Below, in pieces: positions 18,370 through 27,794 of a DNA stretch of 64,000 nt. The notes under the pieces are model-generated. The model saw only the letters and a program-made list of their open reading frames with translations. It was not told the DNA's origin and searched no databases. A program made the position numbers and the translations under genes. The stretch is from positions 81,883-145,882 of the forward strand of contig JAFCCL010000001.1 of the NCBI GenBank assembly GCA_017610205.1. The letters run 5' to 3'. The stretch is from Candidatus Iainarchaeum sp. Its GTDB lineage: Archaea > Iainarchaeota > Iainarchaeia > Iainarchaeales > GCA-2688035. The first letter of the stretch is position 1. The number at the start of each line of letters is the position of its first letter.

Positions 18370-19476
18370 TCATTTACTTACGCATTCTGCATAATTTTTT
18401 TCATACTCTTTTGTCTTTTTGCTCCAGTCAAAGCCTGAAGCAAACTCTTTTGCCTTACCTTCCAAAACCTTTTTCTCTGCAGCATTCATTGAAATTGATT
18501 TTGCAATCTGCACCGCTGCTTTTTCAGGTGTTTCAAAATTAATCAAAACACAACTTTCGCTTCTTTTGGAAAAATTTTCAAATACTGGGATTTTGTTAAG
18601 CAATGGAATAACTCCTGCAGCCATTGCTTCAAGAACTGTTATTCCAAAACCCTCATATTTTGATGCGCTTGCAAAAAATCCTGTTATTGACAAAAGGTCT
18701 GCAAGTTTTTCATTGCTTACTTTGCCTGTAAACAAAACGTTTTTTTCAATTCCTAATTCTTTTACTTTTTCTTTTAGCTTTTGAGTTATTTCTTCATTGC
18801 CGCTTCCTGCAATTACAAGCCGTCCGATTCCGTTATTTTTTTTAAACTCTGCAAATGCAGAAACAAGGTTGAATAGTCCTTTGTTTTTTGCAATCCTTCC
18901 AAAGTATAGAATCATTCCTTTTTCAGGAACTCTTTTAATTTTTGAAAATTTTGCAAAATCAATTCCGTTTTCAACAAGCACTAGTTTTTTTCTTGCTTTT
19001 GAAAAAAGTTCTTTGTCCTGTTTGCTTACTGCCACGATTTTGTCAAACCTTTCTGACAAAAACATGTTCCAGAGTTTGAAATAAATTTTTTTAACAGCTA
19101 TCATGTTTTTGGTGTGAAATATTCCGCCATGCGTTGAAAGAACAAGTGGTTTTTTGTGCAAAAACTTTGTTATTGCAAGAAAATCTGCAAAAAACCCAAG
19201 CCCGTGCATGTGAACAATATCAAATTCTTTTAACCTACCTAATCCAAACGGGGCAATTTTGTAAAAGCCAAGGTTTAGAAAACCAATTCTTTCAACTTCT
19301 GCTTCAGGAAAGCTTTCTTTTGCTGCAAGCTTTTTGTTTCCTGCAGTGTATTTGTTAAGGCAAAGCACACTGCATTGGTTTCCATTATCTTTTAACCTGC
19401 GGCATAGTTCAAAAATTACTGTTTCAATTCCTCCAATACATGGTTTGTAATGGTGGTATACATGCAAAATTCTCAT
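18370..19476 (-). CDS. Glycosyltransferase family 4 (GT-B)
   Basis: MRILHVYHHYKPCIGGIETV at the N-terminus with a GT4 C-terminal domain. Confidence 0.7.
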   Translation of the reverse strand: MRILHVYHHYKPCIGGIETVIFELCRRLKDNGNQCSVLCLNKYTAGNKKLAAKESFPEAEVERIGFLNLGFYKIAPFGLGRLKEFDIVHMHGLGFFADFLAITKFLHKKPLVLSTHGGIFHTKNMIAVKKIYFKLWNMFLSERFDKIVAVSKQDKELFSKARKKLVLVENGIDFAKFSKIKRVPEKGMILYFGRIAKNKGLFNLVSAFAEFKKNNGIGRLVIAGSGNEEITQKLKEKVKELGIEKNVLFTGKVSNEKLADLLSITGFFASASKYEGFGITVLEAMAAGVIPLLNKIPVFENFSKRSESCVLINFETPEKAAVQIAKSISMNAAEKKVLEGKAKEFASGFDWSKKTKEYEKNYAECVSK

Positions 19477-20447
19477 TTGCCAGTCACCTGCCTTATTGTT
19501 CCAAGTACAAATCCTGTGCTAAACAATACTGTTCTTGGAATTGCAATAAATGGAAATACAATCCCTACTGCAAGGTCTTTTTTTGCTGCCCAAAAAGCAA
19601 ATGGAATTCCTGTAAGAAAAAGCAATGCAAAAATTGTTGCCGTGTAAATCCACCCAAAGCCAAATAATGGCAGTGAAAGGCTTGCAATGAAAAGGCAGAA
19701 AAGTACAAGTTGGAGTTTAATTGTCTGGCTTGTGTAACTGTCTTTTATCATTTTGCCTTTGTGGCTTTTGTAAACTTTTGTTCTCCAAAATGCTCTGAAG
19801 AATTTTATTTTAAAATACTTGCGAAGGCTTGTTGGGTGGGTATGATAAACGTTTGCTTCCGGTCTGAAAACCATTTTGTATCCTGCTTCGTGAACTCTGA
19901 AGCTAAAATCAGTGTCTTCACCGCTTGCTATTGGAAAAGAGGTGTCAAAACCGCCGAGTTTTTCAAAAACGCTTTTTCTGTAAGCTGCGCTATAACTTCC
20001 TATAAAGTCAATAAATTTTTGTTTTGCCATTCTTGCATAGCTTGATTCAATTTCAAGCTGAATAAGTCTTGCAACAAGTTCTTTTTGTCTGCATTTATAC
20101 GTTCCCTGCACTCCTGCTACTCCCTTATTGGAAAATGGCTTTAGCATTTCTTCAAGCCAGTTTTTTTTAGGTTCGCAGTCTGAATCAGTAAAAATAATTA
20201 TTTCACCCCTTGCTTTTTTGGCTCCGTTGTTTCTTGCAAGTGCAGGTCCTGCATTTTTTTGCTGCAACAGCCTTACTTTTGAAAAGCTTTTGGCAATTTC
20301 GCTTGTTTTGTCAGAGCTTCCGTCGTCAACTACAATTATTTCAAACTCTTTGGAAAATATTTGTGCTTCAAGAGCTTTAACGCATTGCCTTATTGTTTTT
20401 TCCGCATTGAAAGCGGGGACTATCACGCTTGCTATGATTTTTTCCAT
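19473..20447 (-). CDS. GT2 polyprenyl/dolichyl-phosphate sugar synthase-like glycosyltransferase with C-terminal TM helices (DPM1/GtrB-like)
   Basis: VIVPAFNAEKTI ... IIVVDDGSSDKT, with two C-terminal hydrophobic helices. Confidence 0.7.
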   Translation of the reverse strand: MEKIIASVIVPAFNAEKTIRQCVKALEAQIFSKEFEIIVVDDGSSDKTSEIAKSFSKVRLLQQKNAGPALARNNGAKKARGEIIIFTDSDCEPKKNWLEEMLKPFSNKGVAGVQGTYKCRQKELVARLIQLEIESSYARMAKQKFIDFIGSYSAAYRKSVFEKLGGFDTSFPIASGEDTDFSFRVHEAGYKMVFRPEANVYHTHPTSLRKYFKIKFFRAFWRTKVYKSHKGKMIKDSYTSQTIKLQLVLFCLFIASLSLPLFGFGWIYTATIFALLFLTGIPFAFWAAKKDLAVGIVFPFIAIPRTVLFSTGFVLGTIRQVTGK

Positions 20448-20470
20448 AAAAAAACCATCTTTTTGCCTGT

Positions 20471-21406
20471 TTAGGTATCTGCAAACAGGTGATATACTCC
20501 GTGGTGGAATTTGTCTTCCGCAATCATTTCGTCAATAGTTCTTTCAAATCTTCCCTGTTCTGAAAGAACATTTTTTGAAAGGATTTTTTTAGAAAATTTT
20601 AGTATATCCATTGATTCCCAAACCACCAGGCATTTGCGAACGCCGTGTTTTTTCAAAAGCCTGTAAAACTCCTTTGTTTTTTCCACTCCCAAAAAATCAC
20701 AATGTACTTCAATAAACAGCTGAAGATGTCCTGTTTCCTTAAAAGTTTTTTTCATTCCTTTCAGTATCTCAAATTCGTATCCTTCAACATCCATTCTTAC
20801 AATATCTGGAAGCCGTTTGTCTTTGAGAAAAGAATCAAGGGTAGTAACTTCAACAGGAACTGTTTCCCCTGTTTGATCCAAATCAATATTTTTGCAAAAG
20901 GTTGACAGGTTTGATTGCTTTGAAACAAAAATATCCTGCTTTCCGTTCTTGTCTCCAACAGCTTTGTTAAAAACCTCAATGTTTTTGTAATTATTTGCAT
21001 CAATGTTTTTCTTCAGCAACTCAACATTTCCAATAATTGGTTCTATTGCGTAAACTTTTCCTTTTGGGCCAACAGCCTTTGCTTCCATTAGCACATAATA
21101 GCCAATGTTTGCTCCAATGTCGGCAATAACCTGTCCTGATTTCAGCCTTTTCTGGAATTCAACTGTTGCATGAGCTTCTCGTATTCCATTAAGGTATAAT
21201 TCTGATGAAAGCCCTTTGTCGTCTCTTATGTTAAGAAATATTTTGCTTCCCTGCACGTCTTTTAAGACAAAATCCTCTCTATGTCTCATTTTTGCAATTG
21301 CCATTTTTATTCCTGTAACACCTCGGTCAGCTTTTATTAGCATAATTTTTATTCCTCGTTGAATAAAAGTTGCAGGGCTGTCTTCTAAAAGTCTACTCCA
21401 ATTCAA
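20471..21406 (-). CDS. FkbM-family SAM-dependent methyltransferase
   Basis: VIADIGANIGYYV...VYAIEP motif typical of FkbM (Methyltransf_21). Confidence 0.7.
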   Translation of the reverse strand: MNWSRLLEDSPATFIQRGIKIMLIKADRGVTGIKMAIAKMRHREDFVLKDVQGSKIFLNIRDDKGLSSELYLNGIREAHATVEFQKRLKSGQVIADIGANIGYYVLMEAKAVGPKGKVYAIEPIIGNVELLKKNIDANNYKNIEVFNKAVGDKNGKQDIFVSKQSNLSTFCKNIDLDQTGETVPVEVTTLDSFLKDKRLPDIVRMDVEGYEFEILKGMKKTFKETGHLQLFIEVHCDFLGVEKTKEFYRLLKKHGVRKCLVVWESMDILKFSKKILSKNVLSEQGRFERTIDEMIAEDKFHHGVYHLFADT

Positions 21407-22872
21407 TCTTCTCTCCTCCTCTTTGATTTTACAACATACTTTATAAATGTCTTTCCTCCCTTCACTAATCTTGGTATTTCGCTTGGTTGTGTGACTGCCT
21501 GCAGTGCTTTTCCCATCATATAACTTGGTCTGAAATAAAATTCTTTTCTTGCTCTGTCACACCATTCAACCATTTCCTTGTTTGATAGTTCGGGCATTGA
21601 CACCATGCAATTATGCCACCCGTTTTCGTCAATCCACTGCCTAAAATCTTCTGATACAAGATGTCCTTTTTTTCTAAAATGTTCGTATGAAGCTGTTCCT
21701 GGATAAACCATAATTGGAAAAAATTGTGCTGAATCTGGGTTTAGTCTTTTTGCAAGTTCAATTGTTGCCCTGATTGTTTCTTTATTGTCCCCTGGGTTTC
21801 CAACCATAAAACACCCGTGTACAAGAACACCTGCTTTTTTTGCATCTTTTATAAATTGTTCCATTTTTGGAACAATTGTTCCTTTTGAAACATTGTTTAA
21901 AATTTCCTGGCTTCCTGATTCAAATCCAACACACAAAAGCCTGCAGCTAGCTTTTTTCATAAGTTTTAATGTTTCCAATGGCACATCAGCCCTTGCATTG
22001 CAGCTCCACTTTACTTTTATTCCTGCTTTTATTTTTTCTTTGCAAAAATTGTCAACTCTTTTGTGGTCTGCAGTAAAGGTGTCGTCTTCAAGGAAAACCT
22101 CTTTTATTCCTGGAAAGCTTTTCACAATAAATTCAAATTCTTTTATTACATTTGCAATGCTTCTTTTTCTGTAAGGACCTGGGTTAAGGTTCTGCACCCA
22201 GTTGCAAAACTTGCAGTTAAAAGGGCATCCTCTGCCTGTAACAATTGCAACCTCTGGATAAAGATTGGCACTATAAAAATAATCCTTATAATTCAAATGC
22301 TTTTTGTAAACCCTGCTGACAAAAGGCAGTTTGTCAAGGTTTTTTATTTTTTCCCTTAACTTGTTTTTTACAATTTTTGCACCTTGTTTAAATGCAATTC
22401 CTTTAACCTTTGCAAGCTTTGGCTTTTTCTTCTCCAGTTCTTTTGCCAACGCCCTTAAAGTGTAATCGTATTCCTGCATGCACACTGCATCAATTGCTTT
22501 GCTCATCTTCATTGTTTCAACAGGCAAAGCACTTACGTGTGTGCCAACCAATACTCCAAAGCACCTGTGGGCTTTCTTTACCTTTCGCAAAACTTCGACA
22601 TCATTGTGGATGCTTGCAGTGCTTGTATCCAACACCACCATGTCTGGTTTAAATTTTCTTACAATTGCAAGCACTTTCTTTTCGCTTAAAGGAATGGCTG
22701 GTGCGTCAACAAGCTTTACTTCGTGTCCTGCTTTTTCCAAAACGCCTGTGGCATATGCAAGCCACATTGGATAATAGATTGTTCCGCCTTTTGTAACGGC
22801 AGGCGACCTGCTGCTCCTGCTATACTTTGGAAAGAACGGGGGATTTAACATTAAAATTCGCATGAAATTCAC
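21403..22872 (-). CDS. B12-binding domain radical SAM protein (class B radical SAM, probable methyltransferase)
   Basis: An N-terminal cobalamin-binding-like domain and a GRGCPFNCKFC radical SAM cysteine motif. It overlaps the FkbM gene by 4 nt. Confidence 0.8.
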   Translation of the reverse strand: MNFMRILMLNPPFFPKYSRSSRSPAVTKGGTIYYPMWLAYATGVLEKAGHEVKLVDAPAIPLSEKKVLAIVRKFKPDMVVLDTSTASIHNDVEVLRKVKKAHRCFGVLVGTHVSALPVETMKMSKAIDAVCMQEYDYTLRALAKELEKKKPKLAKVKGIAFKQGAKIVKNKLREKIKNLDKLPFVSRVYKKHLNYKDYFYSANLYPEVAIVTGRGCPFNCKFCNWVQNLNPGPYRKRSIANVIKEFEFIVKSFPGIKEVFLEDDTFTADHKRVDNFCKEKIKAGIKVKWSCNARADVPLETLKLMKKASCRLLCVGFESGSQEILNNVSKGTIVPKMEQFIKDAKKAGVLVHGCFMVGNPGDNKETIRATIELAKRLNPDSAQFFPIMVYPGTASYEHFRKKGHLVSEDFRQWIDENGWHNCMVSMPELSNKEMVEWCDRARKEFYFRPSYMMGKALQAVTQPSEIPRLVKGGKTFIKYVVKSKRRRED

Positions 22873-23606
22873 TTTTCTTTTTTGCTTAGTTTCTTGGTTT
22901 CCAAATTTGCATTCAAAAGGTCTTCAAAGTCTCCTGCGTCAAGCCAGTTGCCTTTGAGTTTTGCTGCTGAAAGTTTTCCTTTTTCAAGGAAATGCCTTTG
23001 CACGTCGGTTATTTCTGTTTCGCCTCTTGCACTTGGCTTTATTCCCCTAATTGCTTTGAACACGCTTGGATTCATAAAATATATTCCAATAATTATGTTG
23101 TTGCTTGTGGGCTTTGCAGGCTTTTCAATTACTTGAGTAACTTTTTCTCCTTCAACATCTGCAACCCCGCTTTTTTTTGCCTCTTCTGTTGTTCCTTCGT
23201 ACAAAAGAATCTGCATTTCTGAATCTCCTTTTTCAAATTGTTCTGCAAATGGTTTCAGGCTTTCAAAAACAATGTTGTCTCCATTAATTGAAATAAATTT
23301 ATCGTCTCCGACAAAATCCTCTGCCAAAGAAATTGCGCTTGGAATTCCTCCTGCTTCATCCTGAACCCTGTAAGTGAATTTTACTCCAAAATCCTTTCCT
23401 GAACCCAAATGTGAAAAAATGTCTCCTGCATGGTATGTTCCTGTAATAATCAGAATATCTTTTACTCCTGCACTTTTAAGCATTTCAATCGGGTAATAAA
23501 TCATTGGCTTGTTGTAAACAGGCAAAAGATGTTTATTTGTTGTAAGAGTCAAGGGGCGTAAACGAGATCCTGTCCCTCCAGCAAGAATTACTCCTCTAAG
23601 TGTCAT
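22869..23606 (-). CDS. Sugar-1-phosphate nucleotidyltransferase (glucose-1-phosphate thymidylyltransferase-like, short form)
   Basis: GVILAGGTGSRLRPLTLTTNKHLLPV signature; 245 aa. Confidence 0.8.
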   Translation of the reverse strand: MTLRGVILAGGTGSRLRPLTLTTNKHLLPVYNKPMIYYPIEMLKSAGVKDILIITGTYHAGDIFSHLGSGKDFGVKFTYRVQDEAGGIPSAISLAEDFVGDDKFISINGDNIVFESLKPFAEQFEKGDSEMQILLYEGTTEEAKKSGVADVEGEKVTQVIEKPAKPTSNNIIIGIYFMNPSVFKAIRGIKPSARGETEITDVQRHFLEKGKLSAAKLKGNWLDAGDFEDLLNANLETKKLSKKEK

Positions 23607-24550
23607 TAACTTAACCTCCTTTTTATTTCAAGATATTTTGTATATTTTCTATCTAAATAATATGAGGGGTTTGAATAAAGCCAATCAAAAATTTTGATTG
23701 CTTGAAATCTTCCCCTATATCTTAGAGCAAAGTGATTAGTTAGTTTTGTATTTCTTGTTAATTTAGTCTTTCTTAACTCTAAATATTTCATCAATTGTAA
23801 TTGAATTCCTGTTAAAAGTTCTTTTGTTCCAACTATCTGAAAACATGGTGATTGTGTTTTTTCATCAAACAAAAGACTTCCGTCTCCTTCAAATATCCCT
23901 TGAATAAAATTTTTTATGATTTTTTCATTATAGGTTTCTTTAATTAATTTAGGAAATTTAATTTTAAGACTTTTATTTTTGACTATGCCATACTCTTTAA
24001 GTTTGCTTACAATTTTTTTACTTGTTATCTTTAGATGCATTTGTTCATATTCTTTACCTGTTTTTTCAAGTTTTACCGTTACCTCATAAACAGGCCCATT
24101 GTATTTGAGTAACTTTTTTATTTTTTGAATTATATCTGAATCTTTTTTTGATACTTTTATACCAACGCTTATTGCATTGCCACATTTATTAACAAATCCA
24201 TTGCTTGCAAGCCAACCTAATATCCATGCATTTAAGGGATTTAACTCTTCAAAAAAATTATCGTTCACCGAATACTTTCGCTTATGAATTTTCCATGTTT
24301 TTTCTTTAGCCTTTAAACCATACTTTTTCATTCTATGACTTATAACCCATTGAGAGGTTCCCAATTCGCTGGCTATATCTTGTTGAGATTTATTTTTCTC
24401 AAAATATTCTTGTTCAATAAATTCTTTGCTGATATCATATTTTTTAGGCATGTAATAATCAAAGTTTATCCCTTTAAAGACGCTTTCTAAAGAGTAGGTT
24501 TCCGGTGATTTGTTGTCTCCTTCTTCTACAAATAATTGATTCAATACCAT
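23606..24550 (-). CDS. Free-standing LAGLIDADG-family homing endonuclease-like protein with N-terminal HTH
   Basis: It has two LAGLIDADG-type motifs, NAWILGWLASNGFV (degenerate) and KNFIQGIFEGDGSLLF (canonical GxxxGDGS). An N-terminal helix-turn-helix-like segment precedes them. The gene is markedly more AT-rich than its flanking genes. Confidence 0.6.
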   Translation of the reverse strand: MVLNQLFVEEGDNKSPETYSLESVFKGINFDYYMPKKYDISKEFIEQEYFEKNKSQQDIASELGTSQWVISHRMKKYGLKAKEKTWKIHKRKYSVNDNFFEELNPLNAWILGWLASNGFVNKCGNAISVGIKVSKKDSDIIQKIKKLLKYNGPVYEVTVKLEKTGKEYEQMHLKITSKKIVSKLKEYGIVKNKSLKIKFPKLIKETYNEKIIKNFIQGIFEGDGSLLFDEKTQSPCFQIVGTKELLTGIQLQLMKYLELRKTKLTRNTKLTNHFALRYRGRFQAIKIFDWLYSNPSYYLDRKYTKYLEIKRRLS

Positions 24551-24849
24551 AAAATTGATCGCCTCTTAGTGGTTCTAAAGTATATTGCAAAAAAAGTACC
24601 GAGAATTGAAACGAAAACAAATCCTTGCAAAAATTGAATAGCCCAGTGTGGATAAACATAAGTTGCATTTACTAAGAAATAATTTGAATTAATTAGATCA
24701 AGAATGAAAAAAAAAGAAAGTCCAATTAAACACAATCCAACGACTGCTAAAGTTTTTTTTGGGTCCGTCCATGTATACTCAATTGCTTTTACAAATAACT
24801 GTTTAATAATAATTATTTTTTCGTTTGAGATTATTTTTTCGCCCTTCAT
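24541..24849 (-). CDS. small hypothetical membrane protein (2 predicted TM helices)
   Basis: 102-aa ORF that is AT-rich and adjacent to the HEG. I recognise no family. Confidence 0.3.
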   Translation of the reverse strand: MKGEKIISNEKIIIIKQLFVKAIEYTWTDPKKTLAVVGLCLIGLSFFFILDLINSNYFLVNATYVYPHWAIQFLQGFVFVSILGTFFAIYFRTTKRRSILWY

Positions 24850-24993
24850 TTGTACAAATTCCCCTCTTTTTTTAGAAAAAAATTGGTCTGCAATTTATAG
24901 TATATATTGTATTTATTTCCTCCAAACCTTCATTATAAAGGCTTTGGTACAGTTTTGGAAAACGACCTTAATTAACAAAAAAGAGCCACAATT

Positions 24994-25959
24994 TCAAGTT
25001 TGCTTGATTAAAGGCTTCCACCAGGCTTCGTTTTTTTTGTACCATTCAACTGTTTCTTTCAAACCTTTTTTGAAATCTGTTTCGGCTTTCCAGCTCAATT
25101 CCTTTTCAATTTTTGAACAGTCGAGGCTGTAGCGCAGGTCGTGTCCCAACCTGTCCTTAACTTTTTCAATCATTTCGTCGCCCTTGCCTAATTCTGCAAG
25201 AATCATTTTTGTAAGCTCGATATTCTGCAACTCGTTTCCGCCGCCAATGTTGTAAACTTCTCCAATCTTTCCCTTTTCAAGTACTGTATCAATTCCGCTG
25301 CAGTTGTCTAAAACAAAAAGCCAGTCACGAACATTCTTTCCCTCTCCATACAATGGAACTTTTTTGCCTGTAATGATGTTTGTTACAAAAAGCGGAACAA
25401 TTTTTTCAGGAAACTGGAAAGGACCATAATTATTGCTGCTTCTTGTTACAAGAACAGGCAATCCATAGGTTGTAAAATAGCTCATTGCAAGAAGTTTGCC
25501 TCCTGCCTTTGCTGCACTGTAAGGGTTTCTTGGGTTTAGCTTGTCTGTTTCCTTAAAGCTTCCTTCTGCAATTTGCCCATAGACTTCGTCTGTTGAAATC
25601 TGAATAAATTTTTTAACATCCTGTTTTCTTGCCTGTTCGCACAAAACTTTTACTCCAAAAAAATTTGTCCTTGCAAATGCATCCGAATCCTCAATTGACC
25701 TGTCAACATGGCTTTCTGCAGCAAAATTTATTACTGTTTCACATCCTTCCATTGCTTTTTTCACATCGCTAGGATTGCAAATGTCTCCTTTGAAAAACGT
25801 GTAATTTGTGTTGTTTTCAATGTCCTGAAGGCTTTCCTTTCTGCCTGCGTAAGTAAGCTTGTCAAGGTTTACAATTTGGTCTTCTGGAAATTTTTCAAGG
25901 CGTTGCCTGATATAATTACTTCCAATAAAGCCACAACCTCCTGTTACAAGAATCTTCAT
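24994..25959 (-). CDS. rmlB: dTDP-glucose 4,6-dehydratase
   Basis: MKILVTGGCGFIGSNYIRQ... and full-length RmlB-like similarity. The start is taken at the ATG at 25959; the ORF track extends to a TTG at 25971. Confidence 0.85.
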   Translation of the reverse strand: MKILVTGGCGFIGSNYIRQRLEKFPEDQIVNLDKLTYAGRKESLQDIENNTNYTFFKGDICNPSDVKKAMEGCETVINFAAESHVDRSIEDSDAFARTNFFGVKVLCEQARKQDVKKFIQISTDEVYGQIAEGSFKETDKLNPRNPYSAAKAGGKLLAMSYFTTYGLPVLVTRSSNNYGPFQFPEKIVPLFVTNIITGKKVPLYGEGKNVRDWLFVLDNCSGIDTVLEKGKIGEVYNIGGGNELQNIELTKMILAELGKGDEMIEKVKDRLGHDLRYSLDCSKIEKELSWKAETDFKKGLKETVEWYKKNEAWWKPLIKQT

Positions 25960-25961
25960 AA

Positions 25962-26038
25962 ATTCCACCAATTCCTTTTATCAATAACTCCTGTTAATTT
26001 TTTTGTCAATAAATTCCACTAATTCCTTTTATCAATAA
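25962..26038. repeat. Two copies of a 28-nt direct repeat (AAATTCCAC[CT]AATTCCTTTTATCAATAA) in the rmlB / radical-SAM divergent intergenic region
   Basis: The copies lie at about 25960-25988 and 26010-26038 with one mismatch, separated by a T-rich spacer. Confidence 0.4.
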
Positions 26039-26061
26039 TTGCATGAAATTTATATATATCG

Positions 26062-26123
26062 TTTGGTGCAATCCTCAAAGCCAGGCCGCCTGCAAAGGTT
26101 TTAAAACATCTCTTGAATTATTT
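26062..26123 (+). promoter_or_regulatory. Conserved 62-nt leader/promoter copy 1 (TTTGGTGCAAT...AAAGGTTTTAAAAC BRE/TATA) upstream of B12-radical-SAM paralog 1
   Basis: Near-identical to 27697..27758, with about 4 mismatches. It contains the TATA-like TTTTAAAA preceded by an A-rich BRE-like stretch. Confidence 0.4.
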
Positions 26124-26157
26124 CTCATATACTTATTAACTCAGGATTTGTTTGAAT

Positions 26158-27672
26158 ATGCAAAAAAAGCAAAAAGTTGTACTTTTTTTACCAAAAGCAA
26201 GAAAGCACACATTTCACGGAACTTTGCCTGTTGCCTTGCTTAAACTTGCTTCAATGGTTGACAGAAAAAAGTTTGATTTGGATTTAATTATTGCAAAACC
26301 AAATGTAGATTATGAAAAGCAGGTGGTTGAAGCATCCAAGGGTGCTATGTGTGTTTGTTTAAGTGTTCTGACTGGTAATGATATTACTAATGCATTGACG
26401 ATTACAAAAAAAATCAGAGTTGTTTCAAAGGCTACTGTTGTTTGGGGTGGCTGGCATGCAAGTATTTTTCCAGAGCAAACTCTTGAGAATCAATATGTTG
26501 ACATTGTAATCAGGGGACAGGGGGAAAGAACTTTTCAAAAGCTAATTGAACGTCTTGCTGAAAAGAAAAGCCTAAAAGGATTACTTGGTGTTTCCTACAA
26601 AGAAGGGGGAAAAATTAAGCGCAATGAAGACCGGCCTTTTGAGGACATAAACAATTTTCCGCCAATTTCCTACAATTTAGTTAATTTAGAAGATTATATT
26701 TCAACCTTTAATGGAATGCGTGGCATGGTTAGTTTTACCAGCCAGGGCTGTCCTTTCAACTGCAAATTCTGTGCAGAGCCATTGGTTTACAAACAGCAAT
26801 ATTCTGCGCTTTCAAATGACAGGATTCTTGACGAATGGGAATTTTTTGTTAAGGAACATAATATTAAGTTTGTTGGAATTACTGACGACAATTTTTTTGT
26901 TAATGAAGCAAAAATAATTGACTTTTGTCAAAAGCTTCTTAAAAGAAAGCTTGGAGTAAAATGGGGCAAGGCTTGTGGAAGGGTTAGACAAATGCTTGCG
27001 TTCAAAGACAGCACTTGGCAGCTTATTGCCGATGCAGGTTGTATGGATATTGAAATTGGAGACGAAAGTGGAATTCAGAGCACTCTTGATTTTATTAACA
27101 AACAGTTGTCTGTTGAAGAAATTGTGGAATTTACAAATAAATGCAGAAAGTATGGTTTTGAGGTAATGCACAATTGGCTTTATGGAATTCCTTTGCCTCA
27201 GTTCAAAACAATGAACAAAAAGGAAATTAATGCCTGGATTTGGAAAGAGTGGCTTGCAATGTTTGATGTAATGGATAAATGCCACCACAAATACAAGGAT
27301 TATGATGAAGTTAGAGTTTGTCCATACTATCCCTATCCTGGAAATCCACTCTTTGACCTGTCATGCGAGCTTGGGTTCAAACCGCCAACAAAGCTTGAAA
27401 ACTGGGCTAACCTCAAACCAGCTATATGGCTTGATGACTCCTGGAATGACAAGCGAAGAATGCTTTTGCATTTTATTTTTCCATATGCATCGGATTTTTA
27501 TGCTGAAAGGCACATGAAAAAATTTAGGCTGGTTCAAAGATTTTTCCACGAAACAGCAAAGTTTAGGTGGAAGTACAGATATTTTGGATTTCCATTAGAC
27601 TACAGGTTGTATGAGTTTTACACCAATTTCAGAATGAAAATCACAGGCGTTTCTGCAACTGAGCACGATTAA
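26158..27672 (+). CDS. B12-binding domain radical SAM protein, paralog 1
   Basis: SQGCPFNCKFC radical SAM motif and an N-terminal B12-binding-like domain. It is about 60% identical to the downstream paralog. The start is taken at the ATG at 26158. Confidence 0.8.
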   Translation: MQKKQKVVLFLPKARKHTFHGTLPVALLKLASMVDRKKFDLDLIIAKPNVDYEKQVVEASKGAMCVCLSVLTGNDITNALTITKKIRVVSKATVVWGGWHASIFPEQTLENQYVDIVIRGQGERTFQKLIERLAEKKSLKGLLGVSYKEGGKIKRNEDRPFEDINNFPPISYNLVNLEDYISTFNGMRGMVSFTSQGCPFNCKFCAEPLVYKQQYSALSNDRILDEWEFFVKEHNIKFVGITDDNFFVNEAKIIDFCQKLLKRKLGVKWGKACGRVRQMLAFKDSTWQLIADAGCMDIEIGDESGIQSTLDFINKQLSVEEIVEFTNKCRKYGFEVMHNWLYGIPLPQFKTMNKKEINAWIWKEWLAMFDVMDKCHHKYKDYDEVRVCPYYPYPGNPLFDLSCELGFKPPTKLENWANLKPAIWLDDSWNDKRRMLLHFIFPYASDFYAERHMKKFRLVQRFFHETAKFRWKYRYFGFPLDYRLYEFYTNFRMKITGVSATEHD

Positions 27673-27696
27673 AACAAAGTTGTTTTATCTTAAGAC

Positions 27697-27758
27697 TTTG
27701 GTGCAATTCTCAAAGCCAGGTTGCCTGCAAAGGTTTTAAAACATCTCTTGGATTATTT
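27697..27758 (+). promoter_or_regulatory. Conserved 62-nt leader/promoter copy 2 upstream of B12-radical-SAM paralog 2
   Basis: Duplicate of 26062..26123. Confidence 0.4.
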
Positions 27759-27794
27759 ATGCTATTGAATCACTTTTTTTTGGGTTTGACTAAT

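Larger units (their letters stand above)
23606..24993. mobile_element. AT-rich islet containing the homing-endonuclease gene and a small 2-TM ORF, inserted between the rmlA-like and rmlB genes
   Basis: By eye the islet is roughly 28% GC against about 38-40% in the flanking genes. It disrupts an otherwise contiguous rmlA-rmlB arrangement. No terminal repeats are seen. Confidence 0.4.
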
